Shown here: in pieces, positions 18,032 to 26,099 of the stretch
Layout: every line of letters starts with the position of its first letter
Position numbering within the stretch: position 1 is the stretch's first letter
Source of the DNA: an uncultured Bacteriovoracaceae bacterium
GTDB taxonomy: Bacteria > Bdellovibrionota > Bacteriovoracia > Bacteriovoracales > Bacteriovoracaceae
Length of the DNA: 46,227 nt
Direction: 5' to 3'
NCBI GenBank assembly: GCA_964012805.1
Contig: CAXGUD010000029.1
Location: forward strand, 1-46,227
Notes under the pieces: generated by a model
Database searches by the model: none
Told to the model about the DNA's origin: nothing
What the model saw: the letters and a program-made list of their open reading frames with translations, nothing else
Translations under genes and position numbers: made by a program

Positions 18032-18904
18032 GTGAACGAAATGATCTACCTAAAGACTCGGTTATCACTCTTAAACAAGCCTCAATTTTTAAAATCAAGC
18101 TTCTTAATAATATTGATGAGCACTTTTCTTTTTCAATCGACAAGTTGTTCTTTCAGAAGCAAAAAGAAGAAAAAAACTTTGGAAGATATCAGAAAAGAGA
18201 GAAAAATGCGGCTTCTAAGCACTTTATCTTCTAGAGATATTAAAAACCTTACTCATGAAACAAACCGAAATAGCTTATTTAAAAACACTCTTTCACTTTC
18301 AGACCTTTACGAATCTCATAAAAGGAAAAAACTTTTAACCCCTTTTTCTCCGTTATTGGGAACTAAACAAACACCCTACGGTTTTGAGTTAACCCTACCA
18401 TTAGGTGGTACAGATCCATCAGGTCAAGATCATAAGTGGTGTATTAATTGTAAGAAATACTCATGCTGCCCTAGCTGGAGGAACTCTCCAGGAGAAAAAG
18501 GAAGACCTATTAAATTTCTTCTTCAGCTAAAAAAGTGGAGCCATTTATCAAATGAACCTCCCTTCAAGTCTTTTTACGCTGAAAGCGTTCTACCTGGGTC
18601 TATTGGTCCATTGAAAAAAAATATCGTTTCCTTTAATATTCCTTACTCGGGCCATGAGTTTCAAAACTTCCTCTATTTCCTTAGAAAGGCCAACAGAAAG
18701 CTTCTCTACCGCTTTAGAGTCAAAAGCTGGCTGCCTCTCAAACCGCATCAAATGCATAAACAAGACCACGGTCGCTGGTCTCTTTGGAGTCCTGCCTCAT
18801 ATATTATTGGATGGAACCCAGTTAAAGAGAAATGGCAAAAAGTTAAACTTGTAAAAGACGGTCTGATAGTAAAAAGAGTGAATTTTGGACCATTTTATGA
18901 GTAA
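18032..18904 (+). CDS. Basic hypothetical protein, probable lipoprotein with a Cys cluster
   Basis: Hydrophobic segment ending STSC and a CINCKKYSCC cluster. The start is uncertain (18032 or 18041). Confidence 0.65.
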   Translation: MNEMIYLKTRLSLLNKPQFLKSSFLIILMSTFLFQSTSCSFRSKKKKKTLEDIRKERKMRLLSTLSSRDIKNLTHETNRNSLFKNTLSLSDLYESHKRKKLLTPFSPLLGTKQTPYGFELTLPLGGTDPSGQDHKWCINCKKYSCCPSWRNSPGEKGRPIKFLLQLKKWSHLSNEPPFKSFYAESVLPGSIGPLKKNIVSFNIPYSGHEFQNFLYFLRKANRKLLYRFRVKSWLPLKPHQMHKQDHGRWSLWSPASYIIGWNPVKEKWQKVKLVKDGLIVKRVNFGPFYE

Positions 18905-18933
18905 AAATATAGAAGCATTATCAGAAGAGCTTA

Positions 18934-18980
18934 AGTCCCATAATGGTCAGAGGTTATTTTGTCCCCTGACCACTTGGACT
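18934..18980. terminator. Stem-loop between convergent genes (probable terminator)
   Basis: TGGTCAGAGG/CCCCTGACCA stem with outer AGTCC/GGACT arms. Confidence 0.6.
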
Positions 18981-18990
18981 CATATTTAAG

Positions 18991-19803
18991 TTACTTTAAG
19001 AACATTTGAAGTAACAACTTCATGTGCTCTGGATCTGTTTGATTAACATCTGCAGCCTTTTCCATAAGAAGGTTAAAATCTGTTTCATCTCCTTCTATAT
19101 AGGATATATAAGCTTTAATACCCTCCAGATAATCAAAGCCTAGAAGCTTGGAAGAAAATATTTTTATATCCTCTTGGGTGACTCCTCTTTTGTTGTCAAT
19201 TTTTTTCCAAGAAAAAATCATTTTAGAAAGAGTTTCTGCCCTTTGCTCACTCAATTGGAACTGATTCACAACATATTTTTGAATTTTGCCTCTCTTAATT
19301 TTTTCTAGGATCGCTCCCATATGCTCAAGATCTTTTTTGGTAATCGTCGTTTCTTCGTAGAGGTTACCATCATAATCTCTAAAGTAATTAGTTCCAATGT
19401 CATCAGCAGGATCGACAGGAAAACTATGAGCATCAAAAAATTCTAAATCAGAACTATAATCATCGTACCGGCTTCCCAAATATATATCTATACCTCTCAC
19501 ATCACCAAAATCATCCTCTAAGATGATATAACCGCCTCCTTGCTCAGTCTTATATTTTCTTAAAACATAATCATCCACTGATCCAGCATCATTACTAAGG
19601 TTGTTGATGAATTCATTAACATCCTCTTTGTTTGGATAGGAAGGACTGGGACCGGGACCAGGACCAGGACCGGGACCAGGACCAGGACCAGGCTCAGAAG
19701 GTGAAAAGCCACAAGATGTTAGAAACAAGGTCAATAAAACAATTAAGCAAAGGTTTTTCTTTTCATTGAACGATTGAATATTCCATTGATTCAATATTGA
19801 CAT
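18991..19803 (-). CDS. Lipoprotein with a (PG)7 linker after the lipobox
   Basis: LTSC lipobox, EPGPG...PSPS linker, an acidic domain and a helical C-terminus. Confidence 0.8.
   Translation of the reverse strand: MSILNQWNIQSFNEKKNLCLIVLLTLFLTSCGFSPSEPGPGPGPGPGPGPGPSPSYPNKEDVNEFINNLSNDAGSVDDYVLRKYKTEQGGGYIILEDDFGDVRGIDIYLGSRYDDYSSDLEFFDAHSFPVDPADDIGTNYFRDYDGNLYEETTITKKDLEHMGAILEKIKRGKIQKYVVNQFQLSEQRAETLSKMIFSWKKIDNKRGVTQEDIKIFSSKLLGFDYLEGIKAYISYIEGDETDFNLLMEKAADVNQTDPEHMKLLLQMFLK
19649..19690. repeat. Coding tandem repeat (GGACCR)7
   Basis: GGACCG GGACCA GGACCA GGACCG GGACCA GGACCA GGACCA, encoding Pro-Gly on the minus strand. Confidence 0.95.
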
Positions 19804-19855
19804 TATTATTCTCCATTTATTTAAAAATAAAATTATTAAATTATTTTACTTTTAC

Positions 19856-19873
19856 TTGAAGCACAGGCTTCAA
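19856..19873. promoter_or_regulatory. Perfect 7-bp inverted repeat, candidate operator
   Basis: TTGAAGC-ACAG-GCTTCAA in a divergent intergenic region. Confidence 0.4.
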
Positions 19874-20050
19874 AAGGAAAACAATATCACTTGATAATTA
19901 ATCTTACAGGCCTTACGTCCAAATTAAGGGGGATCAAAAAAACCTTTAATACTCTTTTTTGTTTATAGTGCTCATTCATCATTCATTTAAGACTTCAATA
20001 ATCACACTTTTTGTTGAGTTTTAAATTTAAAACAACAAAATCCTTCATTA

Positions 20051-20059
20051 TGCTATAAT
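20051..20059 (+). promoter_or_regulatory. Extended -10 sigma70-type promoter of the Fic gene
   Basis: TGcTATAAT, with an AGGAG SD at 20118-20122. Confidence 0.55.
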
Positions 20060-20130
20060 CCACTGAGTCATCTAATTGAAAACTTTTACTGTAGCTAAAG
20101 TATTATTTTTTAAAGAGAGGAGAACCGGTT

Positions 20131-21420
20131 ATGAAAAAATTTCTAAGGTTAATTGTTATTTGTTTTACAACAATGCCCTTTCTTTCAAATGCTTATTCCT
20201 GTGACCGATTTTTGCAAAAATACAAAACAGAATGTGATATTCAAAATAGGTACCTTAAACTCAAGGCCGGCTTTAAAAAGCATAACGTTGATATAGATTT
20301 TCTAACTGAATTTAGGGCCATTCGATTTATTGCTAGAAGAGATATGAAAAGGACAATCAAAGAAAAGCCAAAAGGTTTTTTAACTTGGGATATTTACAGT
20401 CCTGCTCCAAAAACCTGGCTTAAGTGGGAAGAAGGTAATTTCCATAGATCAATTGTTAGCGCTGAAATGCAATGCTTAAGTAACAAGGGAAAGGGATGGA
20501 AATTCTCGACTGCTTCTCTTGAAAAGCTTCATGAAAAAACTATTGGAGGTGGCCTTGCTGGGCCAATGGAAAAAATCCCTATCGTTAAAGGCCTTTTCCC
20601 CAAGCCTGGAGAAATTAGAAAAAGAGGTCATGCCAACTCAGGTTTCATGGTTCGAAAATGGATGAAGAGACCACTTAATAAGCAAGAAGTCGGCCTTATA
20701 AAAAACTTTGAGCTGAAAGATAAAGATGGAAACCCACTCGTTCGCACAACAATGCTTTTTCAAATTCCTGATGTAGGAAATTATATTAAAAAGTACTCTA
20801 AAACATCTCGTTTTGGTTCCTTCCTCTCCAAGAAGTTTAGAGGTCAAGCCTATGGTCAAGTTGGTTATTTGAGATCAAAAAGAGTTCCTTATGAGATGGC
20901 AAGGCTTTTTAAGCATATAAACGAAGCCATTAGGTTTTATAAAACGGGTAAAAGAACGAGCGGAGACTCAGATTTTGATGATTTTGACTACAAAAGAACT
21001 CCTCTTCAAGTTGTTGCAGATCTTCAGAGGCGGTATATAGCTATCCACCCTTTTCATGAGGGGAATGGCCGTATGTCTCGCTTTATTCAAGATATGCTCC
21101 TGCAATTATTTAAACTCCCTCCTTCACCAGCTGGAGACCTCCAAAGCGATGTCTTAACCACAAATGCAGTTTATAGAAAGGAAACAGTTGAAGCATTTAA
21201 ATTGGCGATGACAAATTTAGAATCCTGCCTAAAGCAATACGACAAAGGTGGTAAAGTAGAACCCCGCTGCACTCATATGTACAAGGCACATTCTTCAGAA
21301 AGTGAATCAATCAAAGCTGATAAAAACAAGTTTCTCGAGGTCTTTAATGACAGTATTTCCAAAATTAAATCGAGTGAAAAAACCAAATGTATCGGCAAAA
21401 GTAAACTTCAAAGCCTTTAG
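20131..21420 (+). CDS. Fic-domain protein with an N-terminal signal peptide
   Basis: Canonical HPFHEGNGRMSR, upstream PGEIR, and the signal MKKFLRLIVICFTTMPFLSNAYS. Confidence 0.9.
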   Translation: MKKFLRLIVICFTTMPFLSNAYSCDRFLQKYKTECDIQNRYLKLKAGFKKHNVDIDFLTEFRAIRFIARRDMKRTIKEKPKGFLTWDIYSPAPKTWLKWEEGNFHRSIVSAEMQCLSNKGKGWKFSTASLEKLHEKTIGGGLAGPMEKIPIVKGLFPKPGEIRKRGHANSGFMVRKWMKRPLNKQEVGLIKNFELKDKDGNPLVRTTMLFQIPDVGNYIKKYSKTSRFGSFLSKKFRGQAYGQVGYLRSKRVPYEMARLFKHINEAIRFYKTGKRTSGDSDFDDFDYKRTPLQVVADLQRRYIAIHPFHEGNGRMSRFIQDMLLQLFKLPPSPAGDLQSDVLTTNAVYRKETVEAFKLAMTNLESCLKQYDKGGKVEPRCTHMYKAHSSESESIKADKNKFLEVFNDSISKIKSSEKTKCIGKSKLQSL

Positions 21421-21439
21421 CAATTGATTTTGTCCATAT

Positions 21440-21462
21440 GAGGAGTTCTTAAAGAGCTCTTC
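21440..21462. terminator. Stem-loop between convergent Fic and apt genes
   Basis: GAGGAGTTCT-taa-AGAGCTCTTC with G-U pairs, followed by a T-rich tail. Confidence 0.5.
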
Positions 21463-21477
21463 TCTTTCACATAAAAA

Positions 21478-21996
21478 CTAATAGCTACACATCGTGTAGT
21501 GATTTTGGTTATTTTCGTGAAGTCTTTTTTCACCTTTTAGATGGCTCAAACTGACAACAGTGCAAAACTCAATAACTTTAGCCCCTAACTTTTCAAGAAG
21601 AAAAATGGCCCCTAGAGCAGTGCCTCCTGTTGCTAAAATATCATCTACTAAAAGAACTTTTTCACCTTTTTCAACGGCATCTTTATGGATTTCTAACTTA
21701 TCAAAGCCATATTCTAACTCATATTGGGTAGAATAACAGTCACCTGGTAACTTTCCTCCCTTCCTAAGTATCACTAAACCCTTTCCCAAGCTATAAGCTA
21801 GTGCCGAACCTATCGTGAAGCCTCTCGATTCAATTGCCGCGACTTTGTCAATAGGCAACGACTTGTAGCGCTCACTCAAAGTATCAATGATAAATTTAAA
21901 GCCCGCCTCGTCCTTTAAAAGAGTCGTGATGTCTTTGAATATAACCCCTTTTTTGGGATGATCAGGTATATCCCTGATCAAAGATTTTATTTCCAT
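21478..21996 (-). CDS. apt: Adenine phosphoribosyltransferase
   Basis: IRDIPDHPKKGVIFKDITTLL, IESRGF, RKGGKLP, YELEYG and the PRPP motif VDDILATGGT. Confidence 0.97.
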   Translation of the reverse strand: MEIKSLIRDIPDHPKKGVIFKDITTLLKDEAGFKFIIDTLSERYKSLPIDKVAAIESRGFTIGSALAYSLGKGLVILRKGGKLPGDCYSTQYELEYGFDKLEIHKDAVEKGEKVLLVDDILATGGTALGAIFLLEKLGAKVIEFCTVVSLSHLKGEKRLHENNQNHYTMCSY

Positions 21997-22183
21997 CCTT
22001 CTTCCTTAAAAATCTCATAATCTTCCAAAGAGAAAGACTAACAAAATAGACCGGTTCTTTCAATTTGAATCTTTTTATGCATTGATGCTATTTCACAGTT
22101 CAAAAGCTCATTCCATTAGCTTGGCCAAAGACTTACTTCAAGGTATATAAGTTAAATCTAAAATACTTCGGAGAATTTTAAAA

Positions 22184-22705
22184 ATGAGCTTCACCTTCAA
22201 ATTTATGAAAAGGTACATTGAGATCATTGACTCCATAAATAATAAGTTTGGTCGTCTTGCCGGGTGGCTTACAACCCTTATGGTAATCAACGTCTTTGTT
22301 GATGTTCTCTTGCGATATGGTTTGGACAAAGTGTCTATTGCAATGCAAGAGCTTGAGTGGCACTTTTTCGCCGCCATTTTCTTGCTTGGAGCTGGTCATA
22401 CCCTCAAACAAAATGGACATGTTAGGGTCGATCTCTTGTACAATAATTTTAATGATAGGCAAAAGGCATGGGTTAATTTAACAGGATCAGTTCTCTTTCT
22501 CCTCCCTTTTGCTGCAATGGTTTTTTTTAGCTCTCAAGATTTTTTCATTAGTTCATTCCAAATAAAGGAAACCTCCCCAGACCCCGGAGGACTACCGGCC
22601 AGGTATATTTTAAAAGCGATTATACCCATCGGTTTTGCCCTGCTCTTCGCCCAGGGAGTCTCCGAATCTTTTAAAAATATCCTTTTTCTAAAAGGGGAAA
22701 AATAA
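22184..22705 (+). CDS. dctQ: TRAP transporter small permease
   Basis: 4 TM helices, ELEWH, HVRVD and SPDPGGLP. Confidence 0.92.
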   Translation: MSFTFKFMKRYIEIIDSINNKFGRLAGWLTTLMVINVFVDVLLRYGLDKVSIAMQELEWHFFAAIFLLGAGHTLKQNGHVRVDLLYNNFNDRQKAWVNLTGSVLFLLPFAAMVFFSSQDFFISSFQIKETSPDPGGLPARYILKAIIPIGFALLFAQGVSESFKNILFLKGEK

Positions 22706-22706
22706 T

Positions 22707-24038
22707 ATGAATCTTTTCATTGAATACCTTCCCCTTATTATGTTTACCACTGTCTTTATTCTTCTCCTTTTAGGTTATCCCGTTGCCTTTACTATCGGAG
22801 GGGTTTCCCTCTTTTTTGGACTCATTGGCTTCGGTCCAGAGTTTTTTTCGCTCCTTCCTCTTAGAATTTGGGGAACCATGACCAATTTCACCCTTCTTGC
22901 TGTTCCTCTCTTTATCTATATGGGAGTAATGCTCGAAAAATCAGGCCTTGCCGAAGAACTTTTAGAAACCATGGCCCTTATGTTTGCAAAAGTAAGAGGA
23001 GGTCTTGCCATTTCAGTCATCGTTGTCGGCGCTCTCATGGGGGCTTCAACTGGTATTGTTGGAGCGACCGTTGTAACCATGGGACTTCTTTCAGTTCCCA
23101 CGATGCTCAAAAGAAATTATGACAGGTCTCTAGCAACAGGAACAGTTGCCGCTTCAGGAACTTTAGGTCAGATTATCCCACCAAGTATTATATTAGTACT
23201 TCTGGGCGACATTATGAGCGTACCTATAGGCGAACTTTTCGTCGGAGCTGTCATCCCAGGCCTTACACTGGTCATTCTTTATATTACTTATATTTTTATT
23301 ATCTCTCATTTGAAACCTGAGTTGGCGCCTCTTATTCCCCAGGAAGAGCTCGATCAAATCTCAAGAAAGGAGCTCTACCTTAGAATTTGTCAAGTGATGC
23401 TTCCTCCTATGCTTTTGATGGTTTCTGTTCTTGGCTCCATCTTTGCTGGAATTGCCTCTCCGACAGAAGCAGCCTCTGTTGGATCGGTCGGGGCAACACT
23501 CCTCACGGTTTTTTATAAAAAGTTTAACAAAAAAACATTTTATGAAGTTATGGACACAACAGCTCAATTGACATGTATGGTTTTTATTATACTCATCGGG
23601 GCCACAACCCTAGGTCTGGTATTTAGAGGTCTTGAAGGTGATGCACTCATAAAAAGCCTAATTGATGCCCTTCCCTTTGGAAAATGGGGAATCCTCTTCA
23701 TCGTCATGATGATAATCTTTATAGCTGGTTTCTTTCTTGATTTTATAGAGATAACTTTTATTCACGTTCCAGTCCTGGCACCTATAATGATCGCAATGGG
23801 AGTTGACCCTCTATGGCTGGCCGTCCTTATTGCTATCAACCTTCAAACCTCTTTCCTTACTCCACCTTTTGGTTTTTCACTCTTTTACCTAAAAGGGGTT
23901 TGCCCCCCCGAAGTTAAGACGACGGAGATTTATAGAGGAATTGTCCCTTTTGTTATTATCCAGTTAATCGGTCTTCTTGTGGTTTGTTTTATTCCTGAAT
24001 CGGTGACATGGTTACCGAAAGTTTTACTTAGAAATTAA
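22707..24038 (+). CDS. dctM: TRAP transporter large permease
   Basis: LLAVPLF, GASTGIVGA, GTLGQIIPPS, PTEAA and FLTPPFG. Confidence 0.95.
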   Translation: MNLFIEYLPLIMFTTVFILLLLGYPVAFTIGGVSLFFGLIGFGPEFFSLLPLRIWGTMTNFTLLAVPLFIYMGVMLEKSGLAEELLETMALMFAKVRGGLAISVIVVGALMGASTGIVGATVVTMGLLSVPTMLKRNYDRSLATGTVAASGTLGQIIPPSIILVLLGDIMSVPIGELFVGAVIPGLTLVILYITYIFIISHLKPELAPLIPQEELDQISRKELYLRICQVMLPPMLLMVSVLGSIFAGIASPTEAASVGSVGATLLTVFYKKFNKKTFYEVMDTTAQLTCMVFIILIGATTLGLVFRGLEGDALIKSLIDALPFGKWGILFIVMMIIFIAGFFLDFIEITFIHVPVLAPIMIAMGVDPLWLAVLIAINLQTSFLTPPFGFSLFYLKGVCPPEVKTTEIYRGIVPFVIIQLIGLLVVCFIPESVTWLPKVLLRN

Positions 24039-24048
24039 TGAGAAAGGA

Positions 24049-24085
24049 TGAAAAGTACGCTCGTCCCTTTAGAGCATACTTTTCA
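24049..24085. terminator. Probable bidirectional intrinsic terminator
   Basis: TGAAAAGTACGCTC/GAGCATACTTTTCA, a 14-bp stem with one mismatch, between convergent dctM and dctP. Confidence 0.7.
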
Positions 24086-24118
24086 ATTTTAAACACCTGA
24101 CAAGAAACTCTTTTTTAT

Positions 24119-25222
24119 TCAATCTTGCTTATTGATCACATTATGATAAGAAACCTCTGAAGTCTTATTCCACGCAGAGATATTTTTCTTGAATGCCTTG
24201 AAGTGCTCATAAACCTTTTTACTTGCTGGATCGTTTTTAGCAATATCTTCAAGAACCTCATCAGATAATTTTCGTAGTCCTTCGATAACACTATCTGGAA
24301 ACTTTTTAAGTTGAACATTATGTTTCTCAACAAGCACCTTTAAATTGGCATTGTTTTTGGCTTCAAACTCTGAAATCATCCACATATTGGCTTTGTAAGT
24401 AGCAGCTTCTACGATTGCCTGTAAATCTGGAGGTAGAGTGGCCCAAGCTTTTGTGTTAATAACAAGCTCAAGAGCTGTACCCGGTTCATGCCAGCCTGGA
24501 TAGTAATAATACTTAGCTGCTTTATAAAAACCCATTTTGAGATCATGAAAAGGACCTACCCACTCAGTTGCATCAATAACACCTCTATCGAGGTTCGTAT
24601 AAATTTCACCACCAGCAACAAGAACTGAATTTCCACCTGCCTTAGCAAGAACTTTACCACCAAGACCAGGAATCCTCATTTTGATACCCTTCAAGTCATC
24701 AAGAGAGTTAATTTCCTTATTAAACCAACCTCCCGTTTGAACTCCTGTGTTTCCAGCAGGAAAAGGCTTCAAATTAAAAGGCCTATAGATTTCTTCCCAC
24801 AATTTGAGACCACCACCTGAGTAAAGCCAAGAATTCATTGATTGGGCATTAAGACCAAAAGGTACAGCTGCAAAAAACTGAGCGGCCGGAACTTTCCCCG
24901 CCCAATAATAAGCGGCTCCATGACCCATTTCAACAGTCCCGCTACTCACAGCATCAAAGACACCTAAAGGAGGAACAAGCTCACCACCACCATAAACCTT
25001 AATTTTAAGGCGGCCATTACTCATTTGATTAACCCATTTGGCCAATTTATCTGCTCCTTCACCCATTACTGGAAAGTGTGGAGGCCAGGTTGTAACCATT
25101 TTCCAGTTATATACCTTTTGGTCAGTCGCTCCTATTACTTTTCTATCAACTTCCTTAAGACAACTGGTAAAGAAAAAGCCCGCTAATATTAATGAAAATA
25201 TAGTGATATTCAGTTTTTTCAA
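24119..25222 (-). CDS. dctP: TRAP substrate-binding lipoprotein (TakP-like subfamily)
   Basis: FTSC lipobox, WKMVTTWP, GNTGVQTGGWF, KMRIPGLGG and YYPGWHEP. TTG start with a GGAG SD. Confidence 0.93.
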   Translation of the reverse strand: MKKLNITIFSLILAGFFFTSCLKEVDRKVIGATDQKVYNWKMVTTWPPHFPVMGEGADKLAKWVNQMSNGRLKIKVYGGGELVPPLGVFDAVSSGTVEMGHGAAYYWAGKVPAAQFFAAVPFGLNAQSMNSWLYSGGGLKLWEEIYRPFNLKPFPAGNTGVQTGGWFNKEINSLDDLKGIKMRIPGLGGKVLAKAGGNSVLVAGGEIYTNLDRGVIDATEWVGPFHDLKMGFYKAAKYYYYPGWHEPGTALELVINTKAWATLPPDLQAIVEAATYKANMWMISEFEAKNNANLKVLVEKHNVQLKKFPDSVIEGLRKLSDEVLEDIAKNDPASKKVYEHFKAFKKNISAWNKTSEVSYHNVINKQD

Positions 25223-25284
25223 AAAAACTCCCTTTTTAAAAACTTAAGATTTTTTCAGCTTAATCTAGTTTATTTTTCAAAGAT

Positions 25285-25436
25285 TGCCCATTAAAACAAT
25301 AGGGCAGGCTTTAGAGGAAGCTTTTTATTTCGAGAAGCCTAGGAGGCAAAGTCAATTATGGCCACATGCCTCCAGATTAGTCATTAATGTAGATGTAAAA
25401 GGGTAAATTTAAAGACACCTAGTGGATTACTAATCT
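25285..25436. other. Four adjacent inverted repeats upstream of dctP (candidate structured RNA)
   Basis: TGCCC/GGGCA, AGGCTT/AAGCCT, GGAGGCA/TGCCTCC and AGATTAGT/ACTAATCT tile the region with almost no gaps. Confidence 0.4.
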
Positions 25437-25515
25437 TTCAATTTTTTAATTGCTATATCTTTCGATAATCTTAAAAAAGAAGGTTTTATATGAAGAGAAA
25501 CCATGATTATTTTTT

Positions 25516-25908
25516 TTAACCTTCCAAACCAGTAATAGTTTCTAAGATTTTGTTACGGAAAACTTCGGAATTAACAGATGTTTTCTCTAAAAGTCTTATG
25601 TACTTCTTATTCTTATATTTGTCTTTAATCTCATCATTTATATGACCACTAAGAAAAAGTATTGGAGTTTTTTCTTTTTCACTAAGCTCAATATCTCGGA
25701 GTAAATCGACAACTTTATCTCCATCTTTGGAACCTTCTAATTTCAAATCAACAATGAGAAGGTCATAGTCCCTGATCTCGCCATTTAGAATTTTATTGGC
25801 AACTTTGAATGAATTGTCGCAGTAATCAACCTCAGCTTTAGTCGTCTTTAGCCACACACGATAAAGTTCAATCATTGAAGGATCATCTTCTACAATCAAG
25901 ATCTTCAT
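25516..25908 (-). CDS. Single-domain response regulator
   Basis: KILIVEDD, phospho-Asp in IVDLKL, LSGH, Lys in EKT, and a GGAG SD. Confidence 0.88.
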   Translation of the reverse strand: MKILIVEDDPSMIELYRVWLKTTKAEVDYCDNSFKVANKILNGEIRDYDLLIVDLKLEGSKDGDKVVDLLRDIELSEKEKTPILFLSGHINDEIKDKYKNKKYIRLLEKTSVNSEVFRNKILETITGLEG

Positions 25909-26099
25909 TTAAACTCTCCATATATCAATAAAGCGATGCAAAACTTAGCTTTTATTTTGCTCTTATTTTTGATTTTATTTAAATCTCCCCAATATTTACG
26001 GTAATTCAAATAAAAAATAAAATATTTCTATTCAGTTGTATAATAATTTAAGCCATTCGTTACTATTTTAATAAACATATACATAAAAAGAGATTAAAG

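Noticed and set aside
20131..21996. Functional link between Fic (AMP transfer) and adjacent apt
   Set aside because: The genes are convergent, separated by a hairpin, and act in different compartments, so there is no evidence beyond adjacency.
17955..25247. ORFs 17955-18143, 18654-18854, 20638-20859, 22138-22377, 22178-22462, 22296-22481, 22868-23122, 22916-23110, 23361-23567, 24136-24333 and 25038-25247
   Set aside because: Alternative-frame or antisense overlaps of confident genes.
25340..25430. TPP-like (CCACUAGG) and c-di-GMP-I-like (GGCAAA) riboswitch words
   Set aside because: The remaining conserved cores (CUGAGA/ACCUG; GAAA loop and GCAAAG) are absent.
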